A stretch of 62,888 nucleotides of DNA, counting the filler, from Vannella sp. (Eukaryota): assembly GCA_023345925.1 (NCBI GenBank). It is 6 parts of 6 records of this genome, joined end to end, with 100 filler letters (N's around TTAATTAATTAA, not from the genome) between each part and the next. Parts side by side here need not be neighbours in the genome. Positions count along the whole stretch, not along the records: positions 1 to 15,936 come from JAJQQN010000236.1; 5 more parts are not named here. The stretch is one strand, 5' to 3'. The position numbers and the translations under genes were made by a program. The notes under the pieces are model-generated. The model saw only the letters and a program-made list of their open reading frames with translations. It searched no databases and had not been told where the DNA came from. Below are positions 1 through 11,374 of the stretch, piece by piece; position 1 is the stretch's first letter, and the number at the start of each line of letters is the position of its first letter.

Positions 1-3000
1 TTCTCGCACTCTGGTTCCCTTTTTCGCCTTTCCAATCACTCTTTGGACTGCGCGGTCCAACTGGTCCAGGGGGATTGAAGGCAATCCTCTTAATATTCCC
101 TGGTAAGGTCCCATTATCTGTTGGAAGAGGAGGAGCCACTGTGCCAACCGAAGGTCCAATTGTTTGCGCACTTCCCACCATTCCTCTTTGGACTGACCTT
201 CAGCGCACGGTTTCATGCTCGCGTGGTTCTCTTCCATAATAGATTGGATCTGAGGAAGCATTTCTGCCCGCCAGGCCACCCTGGCTACGAGGGGGCTGGT
301 TCCTAGTCGGAATCTCGCCAGGAACAACCAACGTTGGTCCGCTGAAAGAGCCAAATTACAAACAGTCCATTCAGGAGGCAGAGAGCGCGTTTGAGTTTCC
401 AGGTAACTTCGAATCTGCTTCGGAGAGGACAAAGATGGAACAGCGGATAACGCTACTCCAGGGGCCAACCGCAACGTCGATGGTGCGTTCCCGTCTCTTC
501 CCATAGAAAGGCTTTCCAGTTGATTGGAGAGTTCATCCATTGGCTCCTTTGGTACCTTCTCAGACTCAGTAGGAAAGCGGGAGATCAGTTTGTGGCGGGA
601 AGAGATGTGGAGGGCTTCGTTGAGGAGAAAGTGAAAAGTATAATGCTCTGCGCTAGAAAGCGGCCCGCTCCAATCCAAACATAATAACAGTGCTCGACAC
701 ACGTTTTCAGTGAGTTTGGGCGGATAGCAACCTTGGAGGAGCTGGAAGGCAGTAAAAAGCTGTTTCTGAGCCATTTCTCGGTCACTCTTATTCACTTCGC
801 CTTCTTTCTGAGGATCATCGCAAAGTATCTTTGAATTGGCTGGGGCTGTGTTAGAGCGGGTAAGGCGGCTTCGCGACGGTTTGGCGGGAACGATTTCCTT
901 GGAAGGCTGATTATAACGTTGAAGGTGACAAAGAGCCACACCGTAGGCAAAACTAGCCTTAAGAATCGGGTGGTCTGTCGCTTTAAGAGCGCCTTTCCAT
1001 CCAGAAAGAGCTTCATTGGTTTGGCCTTGGCAAAGCGCCAATCGCGCAATCTTGCCAGTTATTCGAGCCAGCGTGGACTTCCAAAAGTCCGGCGATCCAG
1101 TAGGCGGGGCAACAGGAGAAGTTAAGGCCGCAAAAAGGGCCTTCTCAGGGGTTTGCTTTGTACTTGTGAAGGAGAATAACTGCTCGTGGAGACTTTGCTG
1201 GTGCTCAGCGCTTTGCAGTTGCAAGATTAAACGCTGAGCTTCCAAATACAAGTCCCTTATCACCTTTTCTTCCTTCCTGGGAAGCGCGTGCCACTCAAGT
1301 ACTGCTGAGGGTGTTCCAGATTTGGAGCGTTGCACAGCTTGTTGCTGTTTGAAGGCCAAATCGCCTGCTCGGATGGACACAAAGATTTCTATCCAATGCC
1401 GGAAGTGAGCGCTCACAGAGGATAGCGCTGAGCTGGTCGAGGGGAGATTTGCTTTGGCATTCTGGAGTGGAGTGTGGGCCAAGTGGGCACGGAGCTGTTC
1501 AAAAGACCGAGTGGCTTTGTCCCAGCTGTGCTGCTTGTAGTGAAGTTCGCACAATCGGAGGAGAAACTGGGATGTCAAATGCCCCAGGTGGAATAGACGG
1601 CCAAGGCGCCATCCAAGAGAATAATACATTTCGGTCATGTCGGGCTGTCCTCTGAGGTCATAGAGATTGCCCACTTGCTCGTAACTAGCACAAACACCCA
1701 AAACAAAGCGCCATAATAACGGAGGATGTGCTGCAAGAGGTAACCAGGCAGCTTGGGAGGAGTCGGGTCGGGCCAAGTGGCCCCTCTGAAGTAATAAAGA
1801 TTCTTTTTTGGCCTGAAGTGCCTCCAAGGCTACTTTCAAACACGAAGACAAATCATCTCCTTGTTGCAACATGCATTGAGAGAGAACGGATTGGACTTGG
1901 CCCTGCTGGAATCTCTGGAAACTGCTCGAACTCATCACTGAAAGGATGCTTTCTGCTTCTTGAAGAGATGCCTGAGCTAAAGCGGGTTGAGAATTGGTGT
2001 GCGCTAGAAGATATCTTGCTTGTGCAAGGTGGAGCTGGTGCTCTTCTTCTAGAATGGTAGCTTCAGTAAGATCTGCTGGTTGCTGTTGAGCCTCTGTTTC
2101 CTCTTCTTCCTCACTCAGGGACAGCTCAATCTCTAGCGAATCATCGGACAGACAAAGCTCTTCCGTATCCGTATTTTGAAGGTCTGCTTGGGTTCCCGCT
2201 CCCAGTAACTCTCGAGCTTTACGGAGGAAATGAGCTGCTTTCTTGCGGTCTCCTAAAGTAGAGTATTGCTGAGCTATTTGCGTGCAAATAAGACCGCATC
2301 TAGTAACTGCCTCCTCTCCTTTCTCTTCCAGATAGTGCCGAATGGGAGCTTGGCACTGGCACTGACCCTCCACTGGAACAGTAGTGGAAAGTAAATTCAC
2401 TCTCTGAAGGAGTTCCAGAGAGAGTAGCTCGACTTTCAAGTGACTTATTTCCTCTCGCAGAGCCAGGAAGGCGTTGCTGAGTAAGTGGAGAGTCTCCATC
2501 AGCTCTTCCACATCGAAGAGGGACTGGTTGCGTTGGAGGACTACAAACTGTTTGGCAAGGGACTTGCAATGATGAAGTGTCCTCGTTTCCTCCTCTTTAG
2601 AATTACCCAAAACAGGGCATCCGGGCAGTGCCTTCAGTCTCTGGTGGACTAAAGAGTGACATAGCTGCAACGCATTGTGAAAGGGATTGATGGAATAGCC
2701 ACCAATCTCCAGACAGATGACTCCTAACCACACATAGGAAGAAGCCAACTTCACTGAAGTGCGAATGGAGGCACCCGGCAAACTCTTTTGCGCAGAAAGG
2801 AGAGAGCGCAGAGTCTTGACTGATTCCTGAATAGCTCCCAGAGCCTTCTTTTTCACTTCCTTTAACTGTATTGGGTCACTTGAGCCGGGAGATTCCTCCT
2901 CCAACGCTGTAAAGAGCGCATAAGAGTCATCCAACCGCACCAGAATAGCCCTTTGCATGAGAGCCATTGCTCGCTGCTGGTCGAAGAGGCAAGTGGCCTC

Positions 3001-4281
3001 CAGATCGGACGATGAGGGCTTGAGGAGTACTGATGTTAAGAGGTGCTCCACAAGAAGATTCTGTGCCTGGTAGCTTTGTTCCCTGTAAAGTTTTGCGTGG
3101 TACCTTGCTGTATGGTCACTGGCAGGCACCTCTGTGAGGCCTGCTAGCCTCTCGAGATCCAATTGGCGCTGTATAATAGAATAGGATTGTTCTGGTGAAA
3201 GCTGTGGCTCTGTGGCAGCAAGGAAAGGCAAAACAGTGAGAGGAATGGCCCCTACTTCTACCAATCTAGGCTGTTCCTGTTTGAGAGTCATCCACTGCTG
3301 AAGATGGGCCTCCGAAAGGTCACCCTTCGCCTTCAAAGAGCGGAGCATCTGCTGTTTGAGCGGGGCAAAGAGCTTCCCTAGCCGCTCCTCGCAGCTCCCC
3401 AACACTTTCTGATAAGCTGCGCACTTTTCTTGCACTGCCTTACGTTCCTCTGCTATTAGAGATGCCTGGAGCTTACTCGGAAGGGCTTGGACGAGCTCGT
3501 TCATCGTGGCAGAGGCGTGTTTGAGGACGAGGATGGCGCTGGGGTAATCGGGGCGGCGAAGGAGAGCCACGGCTAGATTGTAGAAGACTCCCCCGAGGAG
3601 GCGAGGTTGGAGAACGAGGTATCGATCCAGATCATCGCTGCCAGCCTCTCCCTCTGCTCTCAGACGGAGGGCGCGGAGGAGGAGCTGGGTGGAAGCGAGG
3701 AGATCACTCTCTGTTGGATCCCCAGGGACAATACTCTGGGTGCGGATGAAAGAGATCTTCGCCGAGGCCTTGAGAGACTCTGCTTGGCTCAGACACTCCA
3801 TCACAGTGGACCCCAATGAGAACCCGAGTGTTGGATCGATCACTGGAAGAGAGGCCGAGTTGAGGGCGCACAGGTTATCACGAAAGATAGATTCAAAGCT
3901 CTGAAGAGTGCAGTCATCTAAGTGGTCCTCGGGAGGCAGGTCTTTGCCGGAAAGAGAGTCAAAGCGTTTGGAGAAGGCCTTCCGAAGGGCTTGTAGGGCC
4001 TCCCTCAGTGCGTGCATGGACTTGGGATCTTGGGAGAAGAGATTGAGTGATTGTGTGGCAAGAAGGTGCCCTTGAGCCACAGAAGCGAGACGGGACACCT
4101 CGGAAGCGGGCTTGGTCGCTGTGAGACTCACTAGCTGCTGCAAAGTGAGTGCAGCAGTTACGATCAATGCCATGTCCTCTATTGATCGATCCAATGGGCA
4201 CCTTTCAAGCACTTGCTGGACACTTTCTCGCCCTCCCTCGCCCCTCAACAGCGCCAGAAGCGCCGCCCTCGCTCCTTCCAT
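1..4281 (-). CDS. ESP1: Separase (peptidase C50), 3'-truncated by the window edge
   Basis: ATG at 4281 (MEGARAALLALL); the frame is open in every line I translated and is absent from the ORF track, consistent with no stop before position 1. Near the end it reads LPPEWTVCNLALS...KEEWWEVRKQLDLRLAQWLLLFQQIMGPYQGILRG, matching the separase P.W.V / WW..R..LD..L...GP..G.L motifs that precede the catalytic domain. Confidence 0.85.
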   Translation of the reverse strand, partial: MEGARAALLALLRGEGGRESVQQVLERCPLDRSIEDMALIVTAALTLQQLVSLTATKPASEVSRLASVAQGHLLATQSLNLFSQDPKSMHALREALQALRKAFSKRFDSLSGKDLPPEDHLDDCTLQSFESIFRDNLCALNSASLPVIDPTLGFSLGSTVMECLSQAESLKASAKISFIRTQSIVPGDPTESDLLASTQLLLRALRLRAEGEAGSDDLDRYLVLQPRLLGGVFYNLAVALLRRPDYPSAILVLKHASATMNELVQALPSKLQASLIAEERKAVQEKCAAYQKVLGSCEERLGKLFAPLKQQMLRSLKAKGDLSEAHLQQWMTLKQEQPRLVEVGAIPLTVLPFLAATEPQLSPEQSYSIIQRQLDLERLAGLTEVPASDHTARYHAKLYREQSYQAQNLLVEHLLTSVLLKPSSSDLEATCLFDQQRAMALMQRAILVRLDDSYALFTALEEESPGSSDPIQLKEVKKKALGAIQESVKTLRSLLSAQKSLPGASIRTSVKLASSYVWLGVICLEIGGYSINPFHNALQLCHSLVHQRLKALPGCPVLGNSKEEETRTLHHCKSLAKQFVVLQRNQSLFDVEELMETLHLLSNAFLALREEISHLKVELLSLELLQRVNLLSTTVPVEGQCQCQAPIRHYLEEKGEEAVTRCGLICTQIAQQYSTLGDRKKAAHFLRKARELLGAGTQADLQNTDTEELCLSDDSLEIELSLSEEEEETEAQQQPADLTEATILEEEHQLHLAQARYLLAHTNSQPALAQASLQEAESILSVMSSSSFQRFQQGQVQSVLSQCMLQQGDDLSSCLKVALEALQAKKESLLLQRGHLARPDSSQAAWLPLAAHPPLLWRFVLGVCASYEQVGNLYDLRGQPDMTEMYYSLGWRLGRLFHLGHLTSQFLLRLCELHYKQHSWDKATRSFEQLRAHLAHTPLQNAKANLPSTSSALSSVSAHFRHWIEIFVSIRAGDLAFKQQQAVQRSKSGTPSAVLEWHALPRKEEKVIRDLYLEAQRLILQLQSAEHQQSLHEQLFSFTSTKQTPEKALFAALTSPVAPPTGSPDFWKSTLARITGKIARLALCQGQTNEALSGWKGALKATDHPILKASFAYGVALCHLQRYNQPSKEIVPAKPSRSRLTRSNTAPANSKILCDDPQKEGEVNKSDREMAQKQLFTAFQLLQGCYPPKLTENVCRALLLCLDWSGPLSSAEHYTFHFLLNEALHISSRHKLISRFPTESEKVPKEPMDELSNQLESLSMGRDGNAPSTLRLAPGVALSAVPSLSSPKQIRSYLETQTRSLPPEWTVCNLALSADQRWLFLARFRLGTSPLVARVAWRAEMLPQIQSIMEENHASMKPCAEGQSKEEWWEVRKQLDLRLAQWLLLFQQIMGPYQGILRGLPSIPLDQLDRAVQRVIGKAKKGTRVRE

Positions 4282-4481
4282 TCCCGATAATGGTCGTTTT
4301 AAAACTCGCTTATTTCTATTAGATTCGGCCATCATGAAGCTGAAGACAGTGGTGAATGGTTTAGTGTCATTTCCTTTTTTGGGTTTGGTTGATCGGCAGT
4401 TGAGAATGTTCAAGGAACCGATTGCAGATCCGCCTGAAAGAATTCTGCGCCCGTCCTCCGTTATTCGCGGTCTGTCGCATC

Positions 4482-5231
4482 ATGACGTCGTGGAACATCA
4501 TGCAGAGGCTTTGTGTGGAGGAGCTACCTCGAGAGCTCGCAACAGGAAAGATGGAAGAGATGTGCGTCATTCACCCTTCCTTGATAAGGTCGACAACGCC
4601 GACTGGCTCAACGGCTTTGCATCTTTGCGCGATAAGTTCAAGCGCGTTCCTTATCCCTGTTCTGCTGCGCCACCATGCATGCCCTAACGCACAGAACGAG
4701 TGGGGCCAGACACCACTACACTACGCAGCTTGTGTGGGACGAAGGAGCGCCGTCAAGTGGCTGGTGGAGAGCAATGCAGACGTCAACGCGGAGGACTTGA
4801 ACGGGGACTCTCCCCTTCTCTGGGCTTCCGAAGAGGGACACACAGCTATCGTCCGTTATCTCCTCAGTGTTGGTGCGAACAGCAAAGAGTTGAACGTGCT
4901 CCAACTCCCACGCTCGGGCGCAGGACTCCGCTCTTCTCAAGTGATTGATTCTGTCACAGAAGGGCGAGGCTTGGGGGACAGTGGTGGTGACCGAAGCCCA
5001 AGAGAGAGTGAAGGCTCTGGAAGAAGCTTACGGGACAGTGGAGGCGGAGATGCACGAGAAGGGCGCATTTCTTTGAGAGACAGCGGTTTCCGCAGGATCA
5101 TCCGAGCGCTTTCTCCTCGTCGGCGGCGACGCAACGCTGGAGCTGAGACTCGTCAAGGAGGAGACTTTGTAGATCTTCTCTCTGACGATGAAGAGGGCTC
5201 GAACGAGTCTCCCAGACCGAAACGATCCTGA
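4482..5231 (+). CDS. Ankyrin-repeat protein with a low-complexity basic tail
   Basis: GSTALHLCA, GQTPLHYAACVG and GDSPLLWASEEGH ankyrin motifs; intronless; divergent from separase. Confidence 0.85.
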   Translation: MTSWNIMQRLCVEELPRELATGKMEEMCVIHPSLIRSTTPTGSTALHLCAISSSAFLIPVLLRHHACPNAQNEWGQTPLHYAACVGRRSAVKWLVESNADVNAEDLNGDSPLLWASEEGHTAIVRYLLSVGANSKELNVLQLPRSGAGLRSSQVIDSVTEGRGLGDSGGDRSPRESEGSGRSLRDSGGGDAREGRISLRDSGFRRIIRALSPRRRRRNAGAETRQGGDFVDLLSDDEEGSNESPRPKRS

Positions 5232-5336
5232 GAAGATGGATATCTAAACTGTAGCACAACCCCTTCCCATCCCTCCCCATCCCTTCTCTTCCCTTCGAGC
5301 GTGATACACTTGAGGCATCTTACTTATTTGAACTGT

Positions 5337-7140
5337 TTAGAGCTCATCATTGTGGCAATGGGAGGGTTGGGGGATGGGAAGGATGTGTCCCTTAGTGGTG
5401 AACACGAAATGGTCAAAAAAGGCTGTTCCTCGTTCTTCACCAGGAGGGAAGGCATGCAGGAGGGGATGATCGTTGTCAAAAAGGAGATAAAGGTATTTAA
5501 ACACCTTAGAGGAGGGAAAGAAGCTCTCCCTTCCCTCCCTCCGTCCCCCCTTCATCCTCGCATCTGGCAATCCGCAGAAGCGCTCGTTAGCGCGGATGGC
5601 TTCCGCTATTCTAGTTGCTTGTGAGACGCAGGAAGGACGCGTTGGACTGGGGAAGGGAACTTACAGGGAGCCAGCGTATTGGTATTTGAGTCTGCCAGTG
5701 GCGCGGAACAGGTAAAAGGCGCTTTCGGCCAGCTCTGGAGGAGGAAGCAGGACTCCTTTGGCTGAGATGTTTGAGGAACCATCAGGCGAAGTGGTTGCCA
5801 GAGCAGTGCGGCGTTGCCAAAGGCTCATTATTGCCTGAAAGGAACGTTCTGCTTCGCCCAGGTTTCGGTGGAGGACCATGAAAGAGGGCCAAATCGCCCC
5901 CAGCAAAGGCTCGTGGGGTTCTAGCACTTGCTGTGTGGCCATGTGAGCATCTTCCCAGCGTGGGCCATTTTGAAGCTTCTCCAACGCTTCTTTAACTGGC
6001 ACCCAAACGCGCTGCCAGCGAGAGGCGAGCTTCCCGCTTTGTGGACGGAGAAGGTGCGGGTACTTGCAAAGGTACTCAAAGTAGCTGGCTGTCTCTGTCC
6101 CCATGGTGGCTCGAGCGTCCTTCCATTGGCCAGTCTCCACCATCAGACGAGAGCCAAAGAGGCCAGTCTCCAAGTTGCGTTGATGGAAAAGGCCGATGGC
6201 AGCTCCTTCTGCTCGCTGGCGGAACTGGTGTTCGCCAGAAAGGGCTGAAAGGTGACTGAATTCGAGCAATGCTGTTCCTGCCTGAGACACTGAGGTGTCT
6301 GCCCCTTCCTTAAGAGGAACAATTTGGGTAATAAGGTTGATGGAAGGGTAGGGAAGGTCAAACGGAGACGCAAAAGCGGGCAGAAGGCGTTGCCCAAGGA
6401 GAGTGGCGGCTTCCAAGAGGGTCTTTCGTTGCTCTTTATCCAAGAGCTGGCTGTGATAAGATGGAATAGAACCCTCTGTGATGTCATGGATGCTGAGGAG
6501 AGAGCCAATGACTCGTGTGACCGTTTCGAACACGGAAACATCCACATCTCGCTCGAGGAAGCCTCTTTCATCCGATACAAAGGCGAGGATATCCAGTAGG
6601 GAGTCTGCAAGCATTCTCTTTCGTTCAGAACCCTCTTCTGCGTCTCCCAAGAGAGCTAAAGTGGTCACTCCTTCCAATAGTGAGACGCGGAAGGCCCCAA
6701 ACCGGTTCGAGCCAGTGCAGGACTGCGAGTCCTTTGCTTCCAGCAGCAAGTTAACTCGTAACTCTTTGGAGGAAGAAGAAACTAACCAGTTCATCAAACC
6801 CCGCTGCGTGTACTCGATAGTCCGCGAAAGACTTCTCAAACATGGCCGCAGTGAGCTTTCTAGCCGCTTGAGGTCAGTACCAAGGAAGAATAGAAGACCA
6901 TCGCTCGACTTACTTGTACCAGGACGCTTGTCCGTCCCAAGAGAGCTCTCCCCTGGTCACTGCGCCCTCAAACTCTTCAAAGAGTGGCAACGCACCCAGC
7001 CCCAGTCGCCCTGGCAGCCACTCCCAGTCCCCTGACTCTGGATTGATGATCCGCACTGGATCCTCGCCAGCCTGAAGCGCGACCTCTCCCCCCACCGCCC
7101 AAAACAGCACCAAAGTCAACGCCAAGCCGCCCCGCGCCAT
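5337..7140 (-). CDS. GH47 alpha-1,2-mannosidase/EDEM-like protein (spliced), degenerate active site
   Basis: Signal peptide MARGGLALTLVLFW; motifs VSVFETVTRVIGSLLS, GTALLEFSHLS, PELAESAFYLFRATG, ESFF...KYLYLLFD, FTTKGH; GT-AG introns near 6.9 kb and 5.64 kb. Confidence 0.8.
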
Positions 7141-7164
7141 CCACAAGGACTCAAGGACGAGAGA

Positions 7165-8357
7165 ATGACGAAGGAGTCATTCCTGGACGTCCCCGAGGAG
7201 GTGGCGATGTTCAAAAAGGTCGGCCCTAGCCATGGGCGGGCCGGTGGGCGCATCCCGTTCGTTATTGGGACTCGGGAGCCGCCACCTGCTTCCCGATACT
7301 GTGAGTGGGCGTTACTTCCTACTCAGGTGATGCATAGGACCTTCTCGTACCTGGAGGGTCGTGATAGAGAGGCAGTGGGGGCTGTTTGCACGGTTTGGAG
7401 GGCGGCTTGGAGGGAGATGAGGGCGCTTGGTCCCTCTCTCGAACAGGTTCCTCGATCGCATGCTATAGCTTTCACTGTGCGGCCCAGCGAGCGGTCTTTA
7501 CTGCCTTCTAGCTCGTCGAGCGATGGTTCGCCAAGCAGTCTGAGTTCCTCTTGCAGGCGATCCCCACTAAGCTCTTCCTCTGGGTAAGACACCTCTTGTA
7601 GTAGGTCTAGGGCCACACCGCTCACCCTTGTGCAGCAAGCGCTCCGCATTCCTCCACAATCTGAAGCGTCTGACAGTTCTAAACGCGACATCTCCGCCTC
7701 TGGACGAAGGTGAGAAGATAGCGAAGAGTTCTATGCAGGTCACCATCATCTGACACGTCCAAAGGAAGCGGAGAACCGTCCAAGAAGCCCACAACCGACT
7801 TTCTCGAGGTGATGATCACCTCTGGAGAGAGCCTGAGCACTGCCATGTTAGCCTGTCGTGCAGAAACTGTCCTTCTGGACCGAATCAAGCATTCCAGGCA
7901 GCTTCTCCGCCAAAGGAGGGAGCGGGACTCTTGCTCCGCTCGAATCAGTCAAACTGTTCTTCGTTGTGAACGCGAGGACCTTCAAAGCTACGAAGAGACG
8001 GTTCGACTTGTCCTGGAGAGCCGCTGGCCAGAGAAGGAATGGACAATCTGGTCCTGCCAGGACTTGAAAGGCTCCGTCTTTGGCTGGCCAGACCAAGTGA
8101 GCCTTTGTGTGGTGGACTCGCCGCCCTCTCAGTTCGTTGTGGAGGTAACAGCGGCTTTCTCCAAGGCCCAGCTTGGTGTTCTCCACCAAAAGGTGCTTCT
8201 CTATCATCGGAAGACCGGTTTCTCCATCCAATCTGTTCATATTCTCACTCTTGTGTTGGATCCTCACGTTCAAGAGACCGCCCATCAGTTAGGATATGGC
8301 CTTCGGCCTCTTCTGGAACAGGCGACGACGCCGGAATCGCCTGAAAGGATCGAATAG
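7165..8357 (+). CDS. F-box protein with a C-terminal DUF1626/PD-(D/E)xK-like domain (spliced)
   Basis: F-box LPTQVMHRTFSYL..RDREAVGAVCTVWR; short introns at ~7584-7610 and 7710-7738 join the ORFs; C-terminus DLKGSVFGWPDQVSL...VVEVT...KVLLYHRKTG. Confidence 0.6.
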
Positions 8358-8450
8358 CACTTTGTATTGTATTTTACTTCTTCGCCACTCAGTGGGAGGG
8401 CAGAGGGACCGAATCCCTTCTTCTCATCAGGAAACGCACTATTCTGTTGT

Positions 8451-8517
8451 GCAAGAAAGGCAAGAAAGGTAAGAAAGGCGAGAAAGGCCGGAATCTGCCG
8501 GAATCTGCCGGAATTGG
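8451..8517. repeat. Compound short tandem repeats (AAGAAAGGC-like x4; GCCGGAATCT x~3) upstream of the MBL gene
   Basis: gcaagaaagg caagaaaggt aagaaaggcg agaaaggccg gaatctgccg gaatctgccg gaattgg read directly. Confidence 0.8.
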
Positions 8518-8540
8518 CATTTTCTTGTGCCCGCAAAGGG

Positions 8541-9448
8541 ATGGCTGCACTCTTGGGGCTGGAGCGCTTCGTGATGGGGCCTGTTCAGGTGAATTGCTGT
8601 TGTGTGTGGGACAAAGTGACAAAGGGTGGGAAGAGCAATAGAAAGAGATCAGGGAGCCTAAAGGAGCTAACGGATGGTAGAATGTGTTGTTGTGGACCCT
8701 GGTGGGTTTGAGAAGGACATGAAACGACTTCTAAAGAGGATGAAGAAGCTCTCCTTGAAGCTCCAGTACGTCCTCATCACACACGGCCATTTGGATCACA
8801 TTTTGGGGGTGAGGAGGGCGCGAATGGCCTGTTTCCTTCCCTAATGAGCTTCTGCAGGTTGCTACTTTGACAAGAGGAATGAAGGATGTACCCGTTTACC
8901 TCCACGAAGGCGATCACTTCATGTACAACGCTGTGGAGGTTCAATGTCAACTCTTTGGGATCTCCCAGCGGAAAGAGCTGCTTGAGCTCCCTGCTGTGCA
9001 GTCTATCACCCACCTACAAGGTAGAAGAACATCCTCACCCCATGGAACCAGGAAATAACCAGGAAGCTCAGAGATAGGCTCAGGAGGGCTCCAATGCCGT
9101 GTGATGCACACTCCTGGCCATTCGCCAGGCAGTTGCTCGTTCTACTTTGCACAGAGCAACCTCGTCTTCACTGGGGATACGCTCTTCCGGTTCAACATTG
9201 GACGAAGCGACCTTTCAGGCGGGAACTACGATCAACTCATTCAATCCATCCATGAGCAGCTTTACACGCTCCCTGCTGCCACTCAGGTCGTACCAGGCCA
9301 TGGACAAGACACCACCATCGAGGCAGAACACGCTAACAACGTCTTTACACTGTCCCAACAGCCCCTGGCAGGGAGCATCACCCTCCAACCCGCCAATGGA
9401 AGCTGCTGCTGCTGCCTCAGCTCTCACCAACTCGCCAGCTCACTGTGA
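8541..9448 (+). CDS. Metallo-beta-lactamase-fold hydrolase (glyoxalase II/YcbL-like), spliced
   Basis: [33 protein letters not shown] and PGHG metal-binding motifs; GT-AG intron 8626-8680 and others. Confidence 0.85.
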
Positions 9449-9525
9449 TAAAGGAGACCAGTAGAGCGGGCTGGCTGTGGGGAGTGGGAAGGGGGAGAAG
9501 AAGACTCATTTGTTGGAGGGAGGGG

Positions 9526-10005
9526 ATGGTGAACCACGCAAAGGTTCTCCGTTTGTCGAAGGGTTACCGCGGGGCAGCGAACAACGTGTTCCGAGTGGCG
9601 ATACAAGCGGTGAATAGAGCACAGACGAACCAGTACAAGGATCGTAAGAACAAGAAGCGCAGTTTCCGCACTTTGTGGATTGCCCGTATCAACGCTGCGG
9701 TCCAGTACTACGGTATCAACTACTCCCGGTTCATGGGTTACTATGCACAGACAGGTATCGCCTTGGACCGCAAGATCCTGGCGGATCTCGCCGTCTCCGA
9801 ACCCATCAGCTTCCGCGCGATCGTTCTTTACACGCTCGAGCAGTTCAAAGAGGTTGAGGACGCTCGTACTCAACAACGCTTGGATGAGGAGGCTCGCTGG
9901 GTTACTCGTGAGACTCTCACAGAGGGCCAAAAGGCCATGACTGCCTCGTTTGTAGACTTTTTGGACGGCAAACAAGGTCGTTTGGGTGTTCTCCCGAAGG
10001 AGTAG
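9526..10005 (+). CDS. MRPL20: Ribosomal protein bL20, nuclear-encoded, probably mitochondrial
   Basis: [11 protein letters not shown]...[22 protein letters not shown]...YSRFM...[14 protein letters not shown] is the L20 signature. Confidence 0.9.
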   Translation: MVNHAKVLRLSKGYRGAANNVFRVAIQAVNRAQTNQYKDRKNKKRSFRTLWIARINAAVQYYGINYSRFMGYYAQTGIALDRKILADLAVSEPISFRAIVLYTLEQFKEVEDARTQQRLDEEARWVTRETLTEGQKAMTASFVDFLDGKQGRLGVLPKE

Positions 10006-10098
10006 CTCGTTCTATGAAGGTTTCCTTACTATCTCTTTCACTACCTCTCTGTCTCTCGCGTGCAGGCTGTTGGGGAGCTGTGGAAGGGGTCATTTCCA

Positions 10099-11317
10099 AT
10101 GGTCTTGCTGCGCCAAGCTGCTGGAGGAGTCCTTTTGGTCGGTGAGGGTGTGGAGGTGCAGCAGGAAGCTTACTTGGTGGGAAGCTGTTGTTAGTGGCAG
10201 TCTTTTGGGAGTTGGAACAGCTGGGAGCCCTTCGGTATGGGGAAGACCATCCGTTCGTCATCAGAGCGCCTTTTTCGTCCTGTCGCGCCGTTGCTTCCGA
10301 AGCGGTTGGTGCTGAAGACGCAATCATATTGTCTGAAGACCCTCCTTTAGTCTTACTCTCCTCTGCGAACCACCGAACGCTCTTCGAAGAGCGGTGAGTG
10401 CCGAAATGGGGCGAACTTTCTCTGACTGGCGGATAGAGTCAGCGGGGGCGCTCTCTTTCTCTTGGATGTACTCTCTGGCAATGTCTCTCGCATTCCCATG
10501 ACCGGGTATGACGGCATCTTCCATCCCCATGGCGTGGGAGTCCACCGTGAGAATGGAAAGACGCGAATCTTCGTGGTGAGCCATCGACATCGTACCCAGG
10601 CTGATCAGGTGCTTCTCTTCGACTTTGAAGAAGGATCCCTGTGAGTTACTCAAGAGCCTTGTGCCGGTGCTCATCGGGAGAAGGACTTTTGTGGAGGCGG
10701 TCGAGAGTGTCAACCTCGTGAGCGTCAACGACGTCTCTCCAACGGGCCTTCGTAGCTTCTACGCAACAAATGACAACGGTTGGATGCGCCACCATCCTCT
10801 GAATGCGCTCTCGCTCATCATCCCGATGCTGAGCGGCTCCTCTGTGGTGCATTGGGATGGACAATCTGTCTCCTTTGCTGTGGCTCCAGGTTCCTTCAGC
10901 CTCGCGAACGGGATTGCCGTTTCGCCTGATGGACGGCAGGTCCACGTGGCAGACACGATGGGAGCGGGAGCGCTTCGGACTTATGCGAGAGGTGCCGACG
11001 ACGTTTTGGTCCTGACCCGGACTTTGGACTTGGGCACTGGACTGGACAACCTCTCCCTGGCCGCTGACGGCTCTATTTACATTGGCTGTCACCCTAACTC
11101 TCTCCGATTCCTCCGCCACGCCCTCACAGGCCACTTGGACTCGCCCTCTCAAGTCATTCGAGTGAGCGGATCGTTCCCATCGCCCCAGGTCGACGAGATT
11201 TACCTTTCCAATGGGGACGGAGAAGCCCATGTGGCGGCTAGCAGCACAGGACTGGTGATTGGGCCCTATTTGGTGATAACGCCGGTGTTCGGGGAGAAGA
11301 TTGAAATCTGCCAATAA
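10099..11317 (+). CDS. Paraoxonase/arylesterase-like six-bladed beta-propeller (spliced)
   Basis: GAEDA, FHPHG, VNDV, FYATND, ANGIAVSPD, LDNL and GCHPN motifs; hydrophobic N-terminus. Confidence 0.85.
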
Positions 11318-11374
11318 GAGGAGGGCGGGCGGCTTTTGGTTGGGATGAGCCAGTTTTATACAATTCACAACGCA

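Noticed and set aside
1..4281. Apparent ORF desert suggesting non-coding DNA or an alternative genetic code
   Set aside because: It is one open minus-strand frame (separase) leaving the window; TAA, TAG and TGA all terminate recognisable genes elsewhere.
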